A DNA stretch of 64,000 bases from Thermoproteota archaeon. GTDB lineage: Archaea; Korarchaeota; JAOZGF01; JAOZFZ01. The notes beneath the pieces are model-generated. The model saw only the letters and a program-made list of their open reading frames with translations. It was not told the DNA's origin and did no database searches. Both the position numbers and the translations under genes were made by a program. The DNA lies in the NCBI GenBank assembly GCA_027492035.1, contig JAOZFT010000007.1, positions 39,042-103,041 on the forward strand, given 5' to 3'. This document shows positions 10,568-21,468 of this stretch, piece by piece; positions within the stretch are counted from its first letter, which is position 1; each line of letters opens with the position of its first letter.

Positions 10568-10839
10568 ATTTACCTTAGTTGCCACCAACTCTTTTCCTTT
10601 TTTTAAAAACTGGGAAGAAATTTGCAGACCCTGTTAACTCTTTTTTACATTTCTATACAAAATTTTAGTTAAAAAAAGGTTTTTACATTTTAGACATGAG
10701 AATCGGGAAAATTAAATTTGTTTTCTTCCTTTTCCATGTTTTTCCACAAAAGTCCTTTTTTACCTTTTTCCCAGGATTTAAAAAGTGGAAAAATTTATAA
10801 ACAGCCTAAACAAAATCTTTAGGTGGTGGATTCTTTAAT

Positions 10840-11676
10840 ATGTCGTTTGAAATCCAGGAGCTTCCTGACATCATTAAACTAGTTATTCTACTAAGTTTCA
10901 ATAGGGAAGAGAGTTTAACAAGGTCTCAATTGAAAAATAAACTTGAACATTATTTAGAAAGAAGAGGCTCTATTGATTTAGCTGATTTAGAAGAAGCTTT
11001 AGAAGAATTAATTTCTGAAGGCCTCATTGTGAAACTTAATGGCAAATATGGTTTAACAAAGGAAGGAGTTAAATTAAGCAGTAAATGGAGGAGTCTATTA
11101 ACTAGTAGAAGCCCTATTCTGGAGTTCATTGCCGGATTAACTGATGGAGCTGTTACAGGTTTAGTTATTGTGTTTTCAGCTTTTCTAGCTCATTTAGCCT
11201 TAAAAACAGTGATTTACTCTTCTATTTTAACTTTAACTGCTGTTTCCATAACGAATTTTTCAAGTTTCTTATTAGGCGGAAAAACTGAAGATATAGCAAA
11301 TGCTCTTTCCTTCAAAACATTAGTTGAATTCAGTTTAAGAGACATCTCTGATAAAGCGGAGAGAAGAAAATCTTTCAAATTAGTTAAGCGTTTATTTTCA
11401 ATTTTGAAGAAGGAAATATCTAAAACTAACTTTTTATCTGCTGCAACAGGTGCAATTACAACTTTTGCTTCAGGTATTGTTCCAGTAGCTGCATTTATTT
11501 TTTTGAAGACACCTCTAAACATTTTCTTTTCATTGATTGCTTTAAGCGTAATAGTAGTTTTTCTAATTTACTATCGTGTCAAGAAATCTAAGGAGAAGTG
11601 GAAAACAACAGTTTCTGAAACGCTGTTAATCCTTACCCTGGCATCGATTGCTTCATTGATGATTAGTTCCCTGTAA
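10840..11676 (+). CDS. N-terminal winged-helix domain fused to a VIT1/CCC1-like membrane domain
   Basis: LEELISEGLI...YGLTKEG (wHTH wing); AGLTDGAVTGL resembles VIT1 TM1 GLxDG; 5 predicted TM helices with a cytosolic insert. Confidence 0.55.
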   Translation: MSFEIQELPDIIKLVILLSFNREESLTRSQLKNKLEHYLERRGSIDLADLEEALEELISEGLIVKLNGKYGLTKEGVKLSSKWRSLLTSRSPILEFIAGLTDGAVTGLVIVFSAFLAHLALKTVIYSSILTLTAVSITNFSSFLLGGKTEDIANALSFKTLVEFSLRDISDKAERRKSFKLVKRLFSILKKEISKTNFLSAATGAITTFASGIVPVAAFIFLKTPLNIFFSLIALSVIVVFLIYYRVKKSKEKWKTTVSETLLILTLASIASLMISSL

Positions 11677-11697
11677 ACACTTCAATTAAATATTTAA

Positions 11698-13554
11698 TTA
11701 ATTGTAGGGGTAATTCTTTTCAGATAAAGGTATTTGACGGTAGATGTAACCTAAAGGAATCCCTAGGCTCCATGCTTGGGGGTAAACTTGTTTCGCGTGG
11801 TTATTAACTGCTAACCGGTAGAAAAGCTTGTATCTAGCGTCAACATCCACATTAGGCTTAAACCTATCCCAAACGTTTTTGCATTGGCAGTAAGGATTAT
11901 GCCAGTTATCCCAGGGTACACCACCCCAGGTGTATCCCCGCAGGTCCTTGTAGGTTTCCATGTTCAGTATAATGTCTTGTTCGTAAGGGTTTGTTCTCCA
12001 TACTTTGTCTCTTGGGTTGTAATAAACTGGAAATGCATGTCCTAAAGTACCTATGATTGCTGGGACGTTAACGTAGCGAAGAAGAAGCGATTGAATATAC
12101 GCATTATCCATGCATGCACCTATGAATTTTCCTGTTTTTGTGAAGTAACTCCAGTACCATTCTATGTGGAAAGGACAACGGAATTCTCCTACAATTACTC
12201 TACCATTAACAATTATTTCTTCTGGCACATCAAAATCCACGTGTTCATTGTTGATGAAGAAATAATCATCTAGGTTTGCTGCTAACCTATCTATTTTTGT
12301 GAGGTATCTGAAAAGGTACTTCTTCTGCATACTTTTATAAGGCATGTTGATTTCTACAGGTTCATTTTCCCCCAGGAATTCTTTAACCATAAATTCCCTC
12401 CCTTTGAAGCTGAAATTTCCAGCTATTAAAAACATGAAGTCGTTAATGTTTTGTGGCCTCTTTAAAACCCCTGAATAAATGTAATGCCAGTTCCAAACAC
12501 CCCAATTGCCTGTTTTATCGGTTATTTCTTTGAAATTAGGGTAAAATTGCCCGGGAAAATCCCAAACTAATGCTATATCTGCTTCTAATGGGTAGTTTTT
12601 GGCTTGCCAGTCTCCACCGTATTTCTTTATTATTTGGTCGGTTTCAATGACAAAATCTAAAATTTTGGGGACGTAGTGCATGATCGCTACAGTTACTTTG
12701 TCATCACTTATAGTGCTAAGTGCACCGTAATCTATACTGCAGGCTAAAACAATTCGGTAATAACTTTCAGGAATCTCCCTATCTTCAACTAAATGAAGTA
12801 AAACTTGCAGTTGGGTGTTGTATCTAGGAACTTTAAAACTGAACCTACTTTCATCCGGTAAACCGTATTCGTCAATAAGGTAGAGTCCCTTCTTTACTTG
12901 GTAATCTTTTTTTGAAACATTTATAATTTGCTCTAACTGCTTTATAGCTGCCAATTCCTTAGAAGAAACACCATCCTTAATTTCCGGCAACTCAAGCAGA
13001 TCATCTGTTAAATACCCCAAATTGTAAGGAGAGGCCTTTTTTGAATATGTAATATTTAATTTTGATAGATCTCCTTCATCGACACCATCCAAAACATACT
13101 TAGAAACAAGTACCCTAAACAAGTCTTTTTTCTTAAGTGCTAACTGGAAAAATTTCTCTTCCAAACTGGAAATCTTTTTATCTTCAAAGAACAAGCCTGT
13201 TTCAAGAATCCATTGAGCAGCGTTACGGTTTTTAGATTCAGCTTTCTTGATTAAGTCAATATATTTCAATACCTCTGTGAGATTTGCTTTTTCGGAGTAG
13301 ACTTCAGGCATTTTTAACAAGCAAGGAGCCATATCACCCAAGCTAGAAGCTTTCTCAATAACTAATTTGCCATATTCATCTAAACCATTTCTTGTAAGTT
13401 CAGAGTAGTAAGGGTTGTTTGTGTATAGCCACTCCACGAATCTAGGGTTTAGTTTATAAATTCTTCCTAAAAAGGGGGTTGAATTTGCCACTGCAAAAAA
13501 GAAGATGGGAATGAATAACAGTACAAGCCACGTAACCAGCAGCAAGTACTTCAT
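11698..13554 (-). CDS. Exported or membrane-anchored protein with a C-terminal transglutaminase-like cysteine-protease core
   Basis: N-terminal hydrophobic signal/anchor; GACMDNA...LLRYVNVPA...GHAF...WRTNP. Confidence 0.5.
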   Translation of the reverse strand: MKYLLLVTWLVLLFIPIFFFAVANSTPFLGRIYKLNPRFVEWLYTNNPYYSELTRNGLDEYGKLVIEKASSLGDMAPCLLKMPEVYSEKANLTEVLKYIDLIKKAESKNRNAAQWILETGLFFEDKKISSLEEKFFQLALKKKDLFRVLVSKYVLDGVDEGDLSKLNITYSKKASPYNLGYLTDDLLELPEIKDGVSSKELAAIKQLEQIINVSKKDYQVKKGLYLIDEYGLPDESRFSFKVPRYNTQLQVLLHLVEDREIPESYYRIVLACSIDYGALSTISDDKVTVAIMHYVPKILDFVIETDQIIKKYGGDWQAKNYPLEADIALVWDFPGQFYPNFKEITDKTGNWGVWNWHYIYSGVLKRPQNINDFMFLIAGNFSFKGREFMVKEFLGENEPVEINMPYKSMQKKYLFRYLTKIDRLAANLDDYFFINNEHVDFDVPEEIIVNGRVIVGEFRCPFHIEWYWSYFTKTGKFIGACMDNAYIQSLLLRYVNVPAIIGTLGHAFPVYYNPRDKVWRTNPYEQDIILNMETYKDLRGYTWGGVPWDNWHNPYCQCKNVWDRFKPNVDVDARYKLFYRLAVNNHAKQVYPQAWSLGIPLGYIYRQIPLSEKNYPYN

Positions 13555-13861
13555 TTTTAAATCAAGCCTTCTTTTACAAAGATTAAGTTACTGTGAAAAA
13601 GTAATGACGCATTGCCCTTTAAAGTTTTTACATCCAAATATTTTATTAAAGTCTTTTAAGTTTCTATGTCTTTAAAGTGAAAGAAGGCTCTCTATAATTT
13701 CTTTTAGAAGGAGAAAATAATATTGATTCGATTTTGCAATGAAGAATTTTCTTTTTAATCTAATTTTAGCTTTGCTTTGATTTTAAGAAGAGATAAAAAT
13801 TTTTACTGCAAATACTCCCTCTGAATCGTTTTTCCAAACTTTTCAAGTTTTTGCAGGGAGG

Positions 13862-14560
13862 TTGTTGAAAGGAGTAACAAAGTTGCTGGAGGTGATTGGG
13901 ATTTCCAGTTGGGGTTTCATGCTTAAAGAGCTTGGTTTCAGAGATTATTCCTTTGTCGAAACAGTTGTTTCAACTTATTCAGGAAATATAAAGAATTTCG
14001 CGCCTATTGGAGTAGTTAAAAAGGGGAGGAATCTTTATTTAAAACTTTTTAAAATAACAAAAACCTACAGAAACATTTCGGAAAACAAGGAATGCGTAAT
14101 AAACGTAGTTAGCGACGTTGAAATATTTTATTTAGCTCTTTTCAAGGAAAAACTGGGTGTGAATAAACGTTTTCCGAATTTTTTCCTTCCTAGTTTAACT
14201 GTGGATGCACCAAGGGTGAAAGGAGCTGATGCATATGTGGAGGCTGAAGCTGAAAACTTTAAAACTTTGACTAATGGAAAAGTTGAGGTTAAGTTGAGGA
14301 TTAAATTTGTTGAAATAGTGAACCCTAGACCTAAAGTTTTCTGCAGATGCGATTTTGCAGTGATCGAAAGCTTAATTCATTTAACACGAATTCCTGTATT
14401 TGTTTCTCAAAAGAGATGGGTAGAGGCTGAGAAGCTGATTAAATTAATTGAGTACTACAAGGAGTTGGTTGAAAGAGTTTGTCCAAAGTCAGAACATATA
14501 AAAATAATGGGTAAGGTGGCTGAAGAAAATGAGCAATGGAAGAAAAAAATTGCTGGTTGA
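13862..14560 (+). CDS. DUF447-family protein (true start probably near 13919)
   Basis: ETVVST...NFAPIGV...TKTYRNI...AVIESLIHLTR; overlaps mptG. Confidence 0.75.
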   Translation: MLKGVTKLLEVIGISSWGFMLKELGFRDYSFVETVVSTYSGNIKNFAPIGVVKKGRNLYLKLFKITKTYRNISENKECVINVVSDVEIFYLALFKEKLGVNKRFPNFFLPSLTVDAPRVKGADAYVEAEAENFKTLTNGKVEVKLRIKFVEIVNPRPKVFCRCDFAVIESLIHLTRIPVFVSQKRWVEAEKLIKLIEYYKELVERVCPKSEHIKIMGKVAEENEQWKKKIAG

Positions 14561-15506
14561 CACACCTTCACGGCTTCATTTTGGGATGATTGATTTGAAA
14601 GGGGACTTAGGAAGGTTGTATGGTTCATTAGGGTTAGCGTTAAAAAAACCAGGATATAAAATAAAGGTTGAGGAAAGTGAAGAATTAACAGTAAAGGGAT
14701 TTCAAGGTAGAAGAGCCTTAGTGATACTTAAAAAATTACTTGAAAGAATGAATGTAAAAAGAAAGTTTTTGGTGAGCATTGACGAAGCTATACCTGAACA
14801 TGTGGGGTTGGGTTCCGGCACCCAATTAACTTTAGGTTTAGGTTTGGCTGTAGCGAAAGTGCTCAATATTAAAATTGACGTAGAAGAAATTGCTGCTTTA
14901 ACAGGAAGAGGGGAAGAATCAGGGGTTGGGATCTATGTTTTCAAACATGGAGGATTTGTTTTAGATGGAGGTAAGAATATAAGAGAGAAGAGAGGCATTC
15001 CTCCCTTACTTTTGAGGATTCCCTTCCCTGAGAACTGGTTCTTTATAGTTGCAACTCCGGAAATAGAGAGGGGAGTGTCTGGAATTAAGGAGAAAGAAAT
15101 TTTTAGGGAGCCATTCAAGTGGTTGAGTTCTGATTTACCAAGGAAAAAGTCACATTTACTTCTTATGAAAATGATTCCTGCATTAGTAGAGAAAGAAATT
15201 GAAGTGTTCGGAGAAGCATTGACGGAGTTTGAGAAATTGACAGGTGAATCTTTCTTACGGTTCCAGGAAGGTATTTACAGACACCCAATAATAAGGAAGG
15301 GTGTAGAGTTACTTTTAGAAAATGGTTGTGTAGCCGCTGGACAAAGCTCTTGGGGCCCCACCTTCTATGGTTTAACGGATAATTTGAAAAAAGGCAGGAA
15401 CTTAGCTAAGGCTATAAAGGATCTTTTTGCTAAAGAGAAAGTAAAAGGAGTTGTTTTTGTCAGTAAAGCACGTAATGAAGGTGCTAAAATTAAAACAATA
15501 AGCTGA
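14529..15506 (+). CDS. mptG: Beta-ribofuranosylaminobenzene 5'-phosphate (RFAP) synthase
   Basis: TPSRLHFGMIDL, GHMP motif PEHVGLGSGTQ, GGFVLDGG, GQSSWGPT. Confidence 0.88.
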   Translation: MSNGRKKLLVDTPSRLHFGMIDLKGDLGRLYGSLGLALKKPGYKIKVEESEELTVKGFQGRRALVILKKLLERMNVKRKFLVSIDEAIPEHVGLGSGTQLTLGLGLAVAKVLNIKIDVEEIAALTGRGEESGVGIYVFKHGGFVLDGGKNIREKRGIPPLLLRIPFPENWFFIVATPEIERGVSGIKEKEIFREPFKWLSSDLPRKKSHLLLMKMIPALVEKEIEVFGEALTEFEKLTGESFLRFQEGIYRHPIIRKGVELLLENGCVAAGQSSWGPTFYGLTDNLKKGRNLAKAIKDLFAKEKVKGVVFVSKARNEGAKIKTIS

Positions 15507-15558
15507 AAGCCAGAAGGGACAAACTGTTTGATCTCTTACCTCTATAACGCAGGAACTG

Positions 15559-16590
15559 TTAAGGTTTGAAACCGTTAAGTATAGCTAAGTAGATCGTGTT
15601 AGCTGTTAAATCGGCTGTTGTTCCAGGGTTCAACTTCTTTTGTTTCAATTCTTCATCTAACTTCTCTATTTCCCTCCTTCCCTCTTTAGTTTTCAGTCCT
15701 CCGAGCTTAAGAATTTCCTTTGCCCTCTTACTTACCTCGATGGAGGTTTTTAACCCCTTTTTTACAGCCTCCTTTATATCCCTCACGCCACTTCTCAAAC
15801 CTACTTTTCTAGCAATGAAAGTGTCAGGGTGGGAAGCCAAAATTTTCAAGAAAGTGTGGACAGTTGCTGTGTTCACACTCCCTGTTTCATTTAAAACTTT
15901 AAAAAATGTTTTTAGCCCTGTTTGGAAAGAAATATTCATTTTTGAAACCCATTCACGGGAGATATTGTCCCATGAACTTGAAATCTCCATTACTTCATAG
16001 AGAGTCAATTTCTCCTTCATTATTTCTTCTTTAAAATTTTCTTTGTTTATATCTGGAGCTTTAACATTTACTAATTCACCTAGGGTAGTTGAAGAAACTT
16101 CATATATGCCTTGATAAACACTTATAGTATCTTCAACTGTGGTTGAAGACACTATTTGGGAAAAGTTTTCCTTTAAATCAAGTAAACTTGCCCTTTTTAA
16201 TGAGGAGCATATTCCAACAGCAGCTGTTAAGGGTATGAAAAGCAAAATTACTCCAAGATGAGTATTACCTCCCCTATGCCAACTTTTAACTTCTCTCAGT
16301 GACCTCAAAATCAGCTCCCCTACCTTAACGCTTCTAAGTTTCTTATTTTTAATCCCTACTCTGTATCCCCTCAAAAAGGCCTCCTTCACAGCCGGGGCTA
16401 AAGCTATACTCCCAGCAATGAATTCCTCAAAAGTGGTATCTTTAAAATCACTTGTTCTGTGGATATTTCCAGGTTTTGGATAACCACTTACTTCCAAAGC
16501 TGCAGCTAACTGAGCAGCTAAAGCCACGTTTTGGCTGACTTTAGACAAGCTGCCGTCAAGAAATTTTTCGCACAGAAATAATTGTTTCAT
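15559..16590 (-). CDS. citG: CitG-family triphosphoribosyl-dephospho-CoA synthase-like protein (archaeal, H4MPT-linked type)
   Basis: LEVSGYPKPGNIHR, NTHLG, PDTFIARK, LNPGTTADL. Confidence 0.85.
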   Translation of the reverse strand: MKQLFLCEKFLDGSLSKVSQNVALAAQLAAALEVSGYPKPGNIHRTSDFKDTTFEEFIAGSIALAPAVKEAFLRGYRVGIKNKKLRSVKVGELILRSLREVKSWHRGGNTHLGVILLFIPLTAAVGICSSLKRASLLDLKENFSQIVSSTTVEDTISVYQGIYEVSSTTLGELVNVKAPDINKENFKEEIMKEKLTLYEVMEISSSWDNISREWVSKMNISFQTGLKTFFKVLNETGSVNTATVHTFLKILASHPDTFIARKVGLRSGVRDIKEAVKKGLKTSIEVSKRAKEILKLGGLKTKEGRREIEKLDEELKQKKLNPGTTADLTANTIYLAILNGFKP

Positions 16591-16814
16591 TTAAAATCCC
16601 TTTCTAAGTTTCTAGGTGGAGAAATATGCTTAAGCTTTAATAAAGCTTTAAATATGCCTCAACATGTTTGGGTTAAAAAGGTAGAGGTAAAGGTAGAGGT
16701 ACCCTTAATTTTTCTGAAAAAAGTTTCTTTAAATTTATTGAAGGTTTCTGAAGGTGAAAAAATAAAAAACTGGTTATTCTTGAAGTAGTGAAGCAGTGTA
16801 AAGGATGAAAATAA

Positions 16815-17594
16815 ATGACTGAGACCAAAGGTGGAAATGAAGTATTAGGTAATGGAAAACTAGTTTTTTATGCTTTTTTAGTGTTTATAGGTGCAATGGT
16901 TTTACAAGGCTTACTTGAAGGTTTATTGATTATATCTTACGCTTACTTACAAGGTTTAAATATCTTAACTCACACCGAAGAACTTTTTAATGTTTTGAAG
17001 AAGTTAATGAAAGTCTTAGTTTTAATTACAGATTTTGTTTTTATCTTTTCCTCATTGATGGTTTTCAGAAGAATTTATAATCCGAAAGTGAAATTATTTC
17101 CTGAGAAAAAAACTAAATTACTTCTTGGTTTAGTGGCTGCTTTTCTAGGTTTTCTCTCCGCCGTGCTGGTTACTTACCTCTTCGCTTTCATTCTTAAATT
17201 TAAGGTTCCAAAGTGGTTTGTAGAAGTTTCTAAGCCGGTAGATTTGCCAGATTTCATTTGCTGGCTTGGTATTATTTGGTTAACTGTTGGACCAGCTGAG
17301 GAACTTTTCTTTAGAGGAGTTATTCAAGAATATTTTACTAAATGGGGAGGTGAAGTCTCAGGAATTATTTTCTCGTCCCTATTCTTTGCTTTAGCCCATA
17401 CACAGTTTAATTTATGGGTTAGGTTCCCTGGCCCGTTTGTTACTAGTCTAGTTTACAGTTACTTCTATACTAAAACAAAAAGTTTAGCTCCTGTTTGGTT
17501 AGCTCATTCTTTACATGACACCATTGCTTACGCTTTGCTCTTTTTTACCTCGGTTGATCCTATTAAAATCTTAAATGTTCTTTTCTCTGCTTAG
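16815..17594 (+). CDS. CPBP (CAAX/Abi) family intramembrane metalloprotease
   Basis: AEELFFRG, FALAH, AHSLHD; multiple TM segments. Confidence 0.88.
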   Translation: MTETKGGNEVLGNGKLVFYAFLVFIGAMVLQGLLEGLLIISYAYLQGLNILTHTEELFNVLKKLMKVLVLITDFVFIFSSLMVFRRIYNPKVKLFPEKKTKLLLGLVAAFLGFLSAVLVTYLFAFILKFKVPKWFVEVSKPVDLPDFICWLGIIWLTVGPAEELFFRGVIQEYFTKWGGEVSGIIFSSLFFALAHTQFNLWVRFPGPFVTSLVYSYFYTKTKSLAPVWLAHSLHDTIAYALLFFTSVDPIKILNVLFSA

Positions 17595-19128
17595 GGTTCC
17601 TGTTAGGTCTTATCCCCCCCATCATTAAACCTATTTCCTCTATCGTAAATTCTTCCGGCTTTCCAATCCCTAAAAATTCTCCTTCATACATTACAGCTAC
17701 TCTACTGCTTAATTCTAAGGCTTCCTCTAGATCTGCTGAAACAAGCAGTATTGCTTTTCCTTGATCCCTCATTTTAAGCAGCAACTCTCTTATGTAAAGA
17801 GTTGAAGCTATATCTAACCCCCTTGTTGGGTGAGCTGCAATAATTAAGGATGGTTCTTTGCTTAACTCTCTACCCACTATTAATTTCTGCTGATTCCCAC
17901 CACTTAGGCTTCGTGCAGGTATTTTCAAGCTTGTGGTTACTACATTAAATTTTTTAATCATTTCTTTCGCGAAGTTCGTTATAGCTGACCAGTTTAATTT
18001 GCCCAGTGCCTGCGTAAACCTGGGTTCAAATTGTCTACCTAACACGCTGTTCTCTAAAATTGTGAAGTCAAGCACTAACCCATACTTTTGTCTGTCCTCA
18101 GGAATGTTTGAAACACCTTGACTGTAGATAAACTTGGGATCTGGTTTCTCTATTTTTCTCCCATTAAGGAATATCTCTCCGGTTTCAGCTGGTCTGAGAC
18201 CTGTAAGAGCCTGTAAAAGTTCTGTTTGGCCATTTCCCTCTACCCCTACTACACCAAAGATTTCCCTTTCTTTAACTTCAAACGAAACACCTTTAACAGC
18301 TGGTCTCCCGCTGTCATCCAAAACTGTTAAGTTTTTAACTATAAGAACAGGTTTCCCCACTTCAATTCTTTCTTTCCTTATTTTCAATTCTATTTCTTCC
18401 CCAACCATCATTTTTGCAAGTTCTTCAGGTGTTGCCTTGCTTGTTTCTATTCTTCCAGTAACCTTTCCTTGCCTGAGAACAGTTACTCTATCTGTTACTT
18501 CGATAGCTTCCTTTAGTTTATGGGTTATAAAAACGATGGATTTCCCTTTTTCACGCATACTTTTCAGAACTTTAAAGAGTTCTTTGACTTCAAGAGGAGT
18601 TAGAAAGGAAGTCGGTTCATCTAGTATCAACACGTTAGCGCCCTTGTAAAGGAGTTTAAGGATTTCAACCCTTTGTTGCACACCTAAAGGAAGTTTTTCC
18701 ACTGGAGTATTCGGGGGAACTTTAAGCCCTGTTTCATTCATTAAGCGTTGAAATATCTTTTCAGCCTTTTTGAGGTTTAATGTTGAGAAAGGAATCAATA
18801 ACCCTTTGCCTTTTCTCTCTAACCCAAGTATAAGGTTTTCTACGGGTGTGTACATTGGTACCAGTGAGAAATGTTGGTGAACCATTCCTATTCCGAGTTT
18901 TAAGGCATCAGAAGGGTTTTTAAAATCAACCTTCTCTCCATTAATAAATATTTCTCCTGCAGTGGGTCTAAGCAACCCCGAAAGAATTTTCATAAGGGTT
19001 GTTTTACCCGCCCCATTTTCACCCAATAAACCCACAATTTCACTTTCCCCTACACTAAAATTCACACCTTTAAGAGCCACTGTACCGTCAGGGTAAATTT
19101 TCTTTATACCTCTCATTTCAATTTTCAT
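17563..19128 (-). CDS. ABC transporter ATP-binding protein, double NBD (nucleoside/sugar CUT2 type)
   Basis: GENGAGKTT, GMVHQHF, LDEPT, PEDR, LSGGNQQK, PTRGLD. Confidence 0.92.
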   Translation of the reverse strand: MKIEMRGIKKIYPDGTVALKGVNFSVGESEIVGLLGENGAGKTTLMKILSGLLRPTAGEIFINGEKVDFKNPSDALKLGIGMVHQHFSLVPMYTPVENLILGLERKGKGLLIPFSTLNLKKAEKIFQRLMNETGLKVPPNTPVEKLPLGVQQRVEILKLLYKGANVLILDEPTSFLTPLEVKELFKVLKSMREKGKSIVFITHKLKEAIEVTDRVTVLRQGKVTGRIETSKATPEELAKMMVGEEIELKIRKERIEVGKPVLIVKNLTVLDDSGRPAVKGVSFEVKEREIFGVVGVEGNGQTELLQALTGLRPAETGEIFLNGRKIEKPDPKFIYSQGVSNIPEDRQKYGLVLDFTILENSVLGRQFEPRFTQALGKLNWSAITNFAKEMIKKFNVVTTSLKIPARSLSGGNQQKLIVGRELSKEPSLIIAAHPTRGLDIASTLYIRELLLKMRDQGKAILLVSADLEEALELSSRVAVMYEGEFLGIGKPEEFTIEEIGLMMGGIRPNRNPKQRKEHLRF

Positions 19129-19287
19129 ACTTCCTTAAACCTCACTGAAAAAAAAGAAAGATGTGGAGTCTGCTCGAGAAAAATCGGGACCTTTTTTAAA
19201 GTGAACAGTGAGTAACCATTAAGAAAATTTTTAAAACTTTTGTGGTTTTGATAACTAAATTCCTTAAAAAAGAGAGGGAGGGTAAAT

Positions 19288-20331
19288 GTGAAAGAGTATA
19301 ATCCGTTACTGCTTTCAATCGGACAATCCATTCTTGCAATTGCAATAGGTTTGTTGATAGGAAGTGCATTGATTGCTTTTTTTGGTTACGACCCTTTGAA
19401 GGCTTTTATAATGCTTTTTAAGGGTGCTTTCGGAGGACTGTCTGAAACCCTTGAAACCCTTGCATATTCTGTTCCGTTCATGCTCACAGCTATACCCTTC
19501 GCAATAGGCATGCAAGCAGGCCTTTTTAACATAGGAGCTGAAGGACAAATGTACTTGGGAGCTGTAGCTGCTGTTGCAGTCGGAGGAGCTCTTTCTTTGC
19601 CTCCTTACATTCACTTAATTTGTGCAACAGTTTTTTCAATGGTTGCCGGTGCATTGTGGGCTTATCCAGCTGCGGTTTTAAAAATTAAAAGGGGAGTTCA
19701 TGAAGTTATTTCAACAATAATGCTTAATTGGATAGCCTTCTATCTCTCAATTTATTTGATAGTTTACCATTTAGCACAACCCGGAAGAGCTGAGAGAAGC
19801 TTACCTATTCTCCCAACATCAAGGTATGCTGTTTTATATTCTGGTTCCACACTTACCACCGTCATATTTGTAGCTGTTGGTTTCTGCATCCTCCTTCATT
19901 TCTTCCTTAAGGGAACAAGGATAGGGTATGAAATGAGAGCAGCTGGCTCAAACCCTGACGCCGCCAGATACGCAGGCATAAACATTAACAAAGTCATAAT
20001 ACTCAGTTTTATCATTGGAGGCATGGCTTCAGGCTTGGCTGGTGCAAGTCAAATACTTGGCAGGCCACCTGCGTGGGCTCTCTACGCAACTCTTGGAAAC
20101 ATAGTGAACATAGGTTTTGACGGAATAGGAGTGGCGTTAATAGGTAGGAATAATCCAATTGGAGGAATATTTGCTGCTATTTTTTATGGTGCCCTTTTAA
20201 ATGGAGGGAGGTCTATGGAGTATTACGTAGGTGTACCATCCGAACTTGTCCGTGCAGTAAACGGTTTAATAGTGTTAGCTCTTGCATCACCAGAAATAAT
20301 AAGTATTGTAAGGAGGAAGATTAAGAAATGA
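19288..20331 (+). CDS. ABC transporter permease (nucleoside/BMP-associated)
   Basis: [35 protein letters not shown]. Confidence 0.9.
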   Translation: MKEYNPLLLSIGQSILAIAIGLLIGSALIAFFGYDPLKAFIMLFKGAFGGLSETLETLAYSVPFMLTAIPFAIGMQAGLFNIGAEGQMYLGAVAAVAVGGALSLPPYIHLICATVFSMVAGALWAYPAAVLKIKRGVHEVISTIMLNWIAFYLSIYLIVYHLAQPGRAERSLPILPTSRYAVLYSGSTLTTVIFVAVGFCILLHFFLKGTRIGYEMRAAGSNPDAARYAGININKVIILSFIIGGMASGLAGASQILGRPPAWALYATLGNIVNIGFDGIGVALIGRNNPIGGIFAAIFYGALLNGGRSMEYYVGVPSELVRAVNGLIVLALASPEIISIVRRKIKK

Positions 20332-21314
20332 GAAATGTGAAAGTTAAAACCTGGGCAAAAGCAGCTTCTCTAATAATTTTCTTTGCAGTTTTCTATTTGA
20401 TCCTTAAAATTTTCAATCTTAAACCTGTATCGTTGCTTGAAGCGGGACTCTTAGCCATGACCCCTTTAACTTTTGCAGCTGTTGGTGAATCAATAAATGA
20501 GAAAGCAGGCCTTGTAAACATCGGAATAGAGGGAATATTTCTGATTTCAGCTGTTGCAGGAGTTTTTGGGGCTGAAGTTTTCAATAACGGCTATGCTGGT
20601 TTGTTAGTGGGTTTGTTAGCCGGAGCTTTTATAGGTTTGATTTTAGGGGTAGTAAGTGTTTATTTGAAAGCAGATCAAATCATAGCCGGGATGGGGATAA
20701 ACATCTTTGCCCTTGGAATGGTTTCTTTTCTTTTAATGGTTCTTTGGGCTTTTCCAGGTATACATGTGTTTCCGAAAGAGTTAATGGTCCCCTCATTTTA
20801 CACAGTGATTGGCAGAGTGAGTCCTGTTACAGTATTAGCTATTATAACTGCTTTCGCTGGTCATTTTTTTCTTTATAAAACGGTTTTGGGTTTCAGAATA
20901 AGGGCGGCAGGTGAAGAACCTGAAGCAGTTGATATAGCGGGAGTGAGAGTAGACAGGATAAGAATTTTTACTTCTGTTTTAGGGGGTGCACTGGCGGGAG
21001 TAGGAGGGGCTTTTATGCCACTTTGCTGGTTCGGTGCACTTGTAAAAGAGGTTTCGGCAGGAAGAGGTTTCATAGCTCTTGCATGTGTAGTTTTTGCAGG
21101 GTTAGAGCCTCTATTATCACTAGTTGCAGCTTTTATATTTGGTTTTAGTGAAGGATTAGCTTACTCTACTGCAATCACCCCAGGAGTAAAAGAAGTAGTA
21201 CCTTTCTACTTTGTCCAAATGATCCCTTACATAACAACTTTAGCTGTTGTGACAGTAACAATAGGCAGAAAAAGATTTCCCAAAGCGATAGGGAAGCCTT
21301 ACTCTAGAGAGTAA
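20328..21314 (+). CDS. ABC transporter permease (second subunit)
   Basis: [34 protein letters not shown]. Confidence 0.9.
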   Translation: MRNVKVKTWAKAASLIIFFAVFYLILKIFNLKPVSLLEAGLLAMTPLTFAAVGESINEKAGLVNIGIEGIFLISAVAGVFGAEVFNNGYAGLLVGLLAGAFIGLILGVVSVYLKADQIIAGMGINIFALGMVSFLLMVLWAFPGIHVFPKELMVPSFYTVIGRVSPVTVLAIITAFAGHFFLYKTVLGFRIRAAGEEPEAVDIAGVRVDRIRIFTSVLGGALAGVGGAFMPLCWFGALVKEVSAGRGFIALACVVFAGLEPLLSLVAAFIFGFSEGLAYSTAITPGVKEVVPFYFVQMIPYITTLAVVTVTIGRKRFPKAIGKPYSRE

Positions 21315-21468
21315 ATGCCTTTTTTCAAAGGCGACTTGTTACACCTTACTTAAGCTGAGAATATTAAATTTTGGCATTCACTCAAAAATTAGTTAAAGTG
21401 GAAAACTTTATAAATGCGGGAGGACGCAAAGAAATTAAGGCACCTTCTTTTAGAAGTGAAGGGAGGAG

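Noticed and set aside
16582-16788. 68-aa ORF between citG-like and CPBP genes
   Set aside because: Covers a divergent promoter region, overlaps the citG start and has no recognisable features
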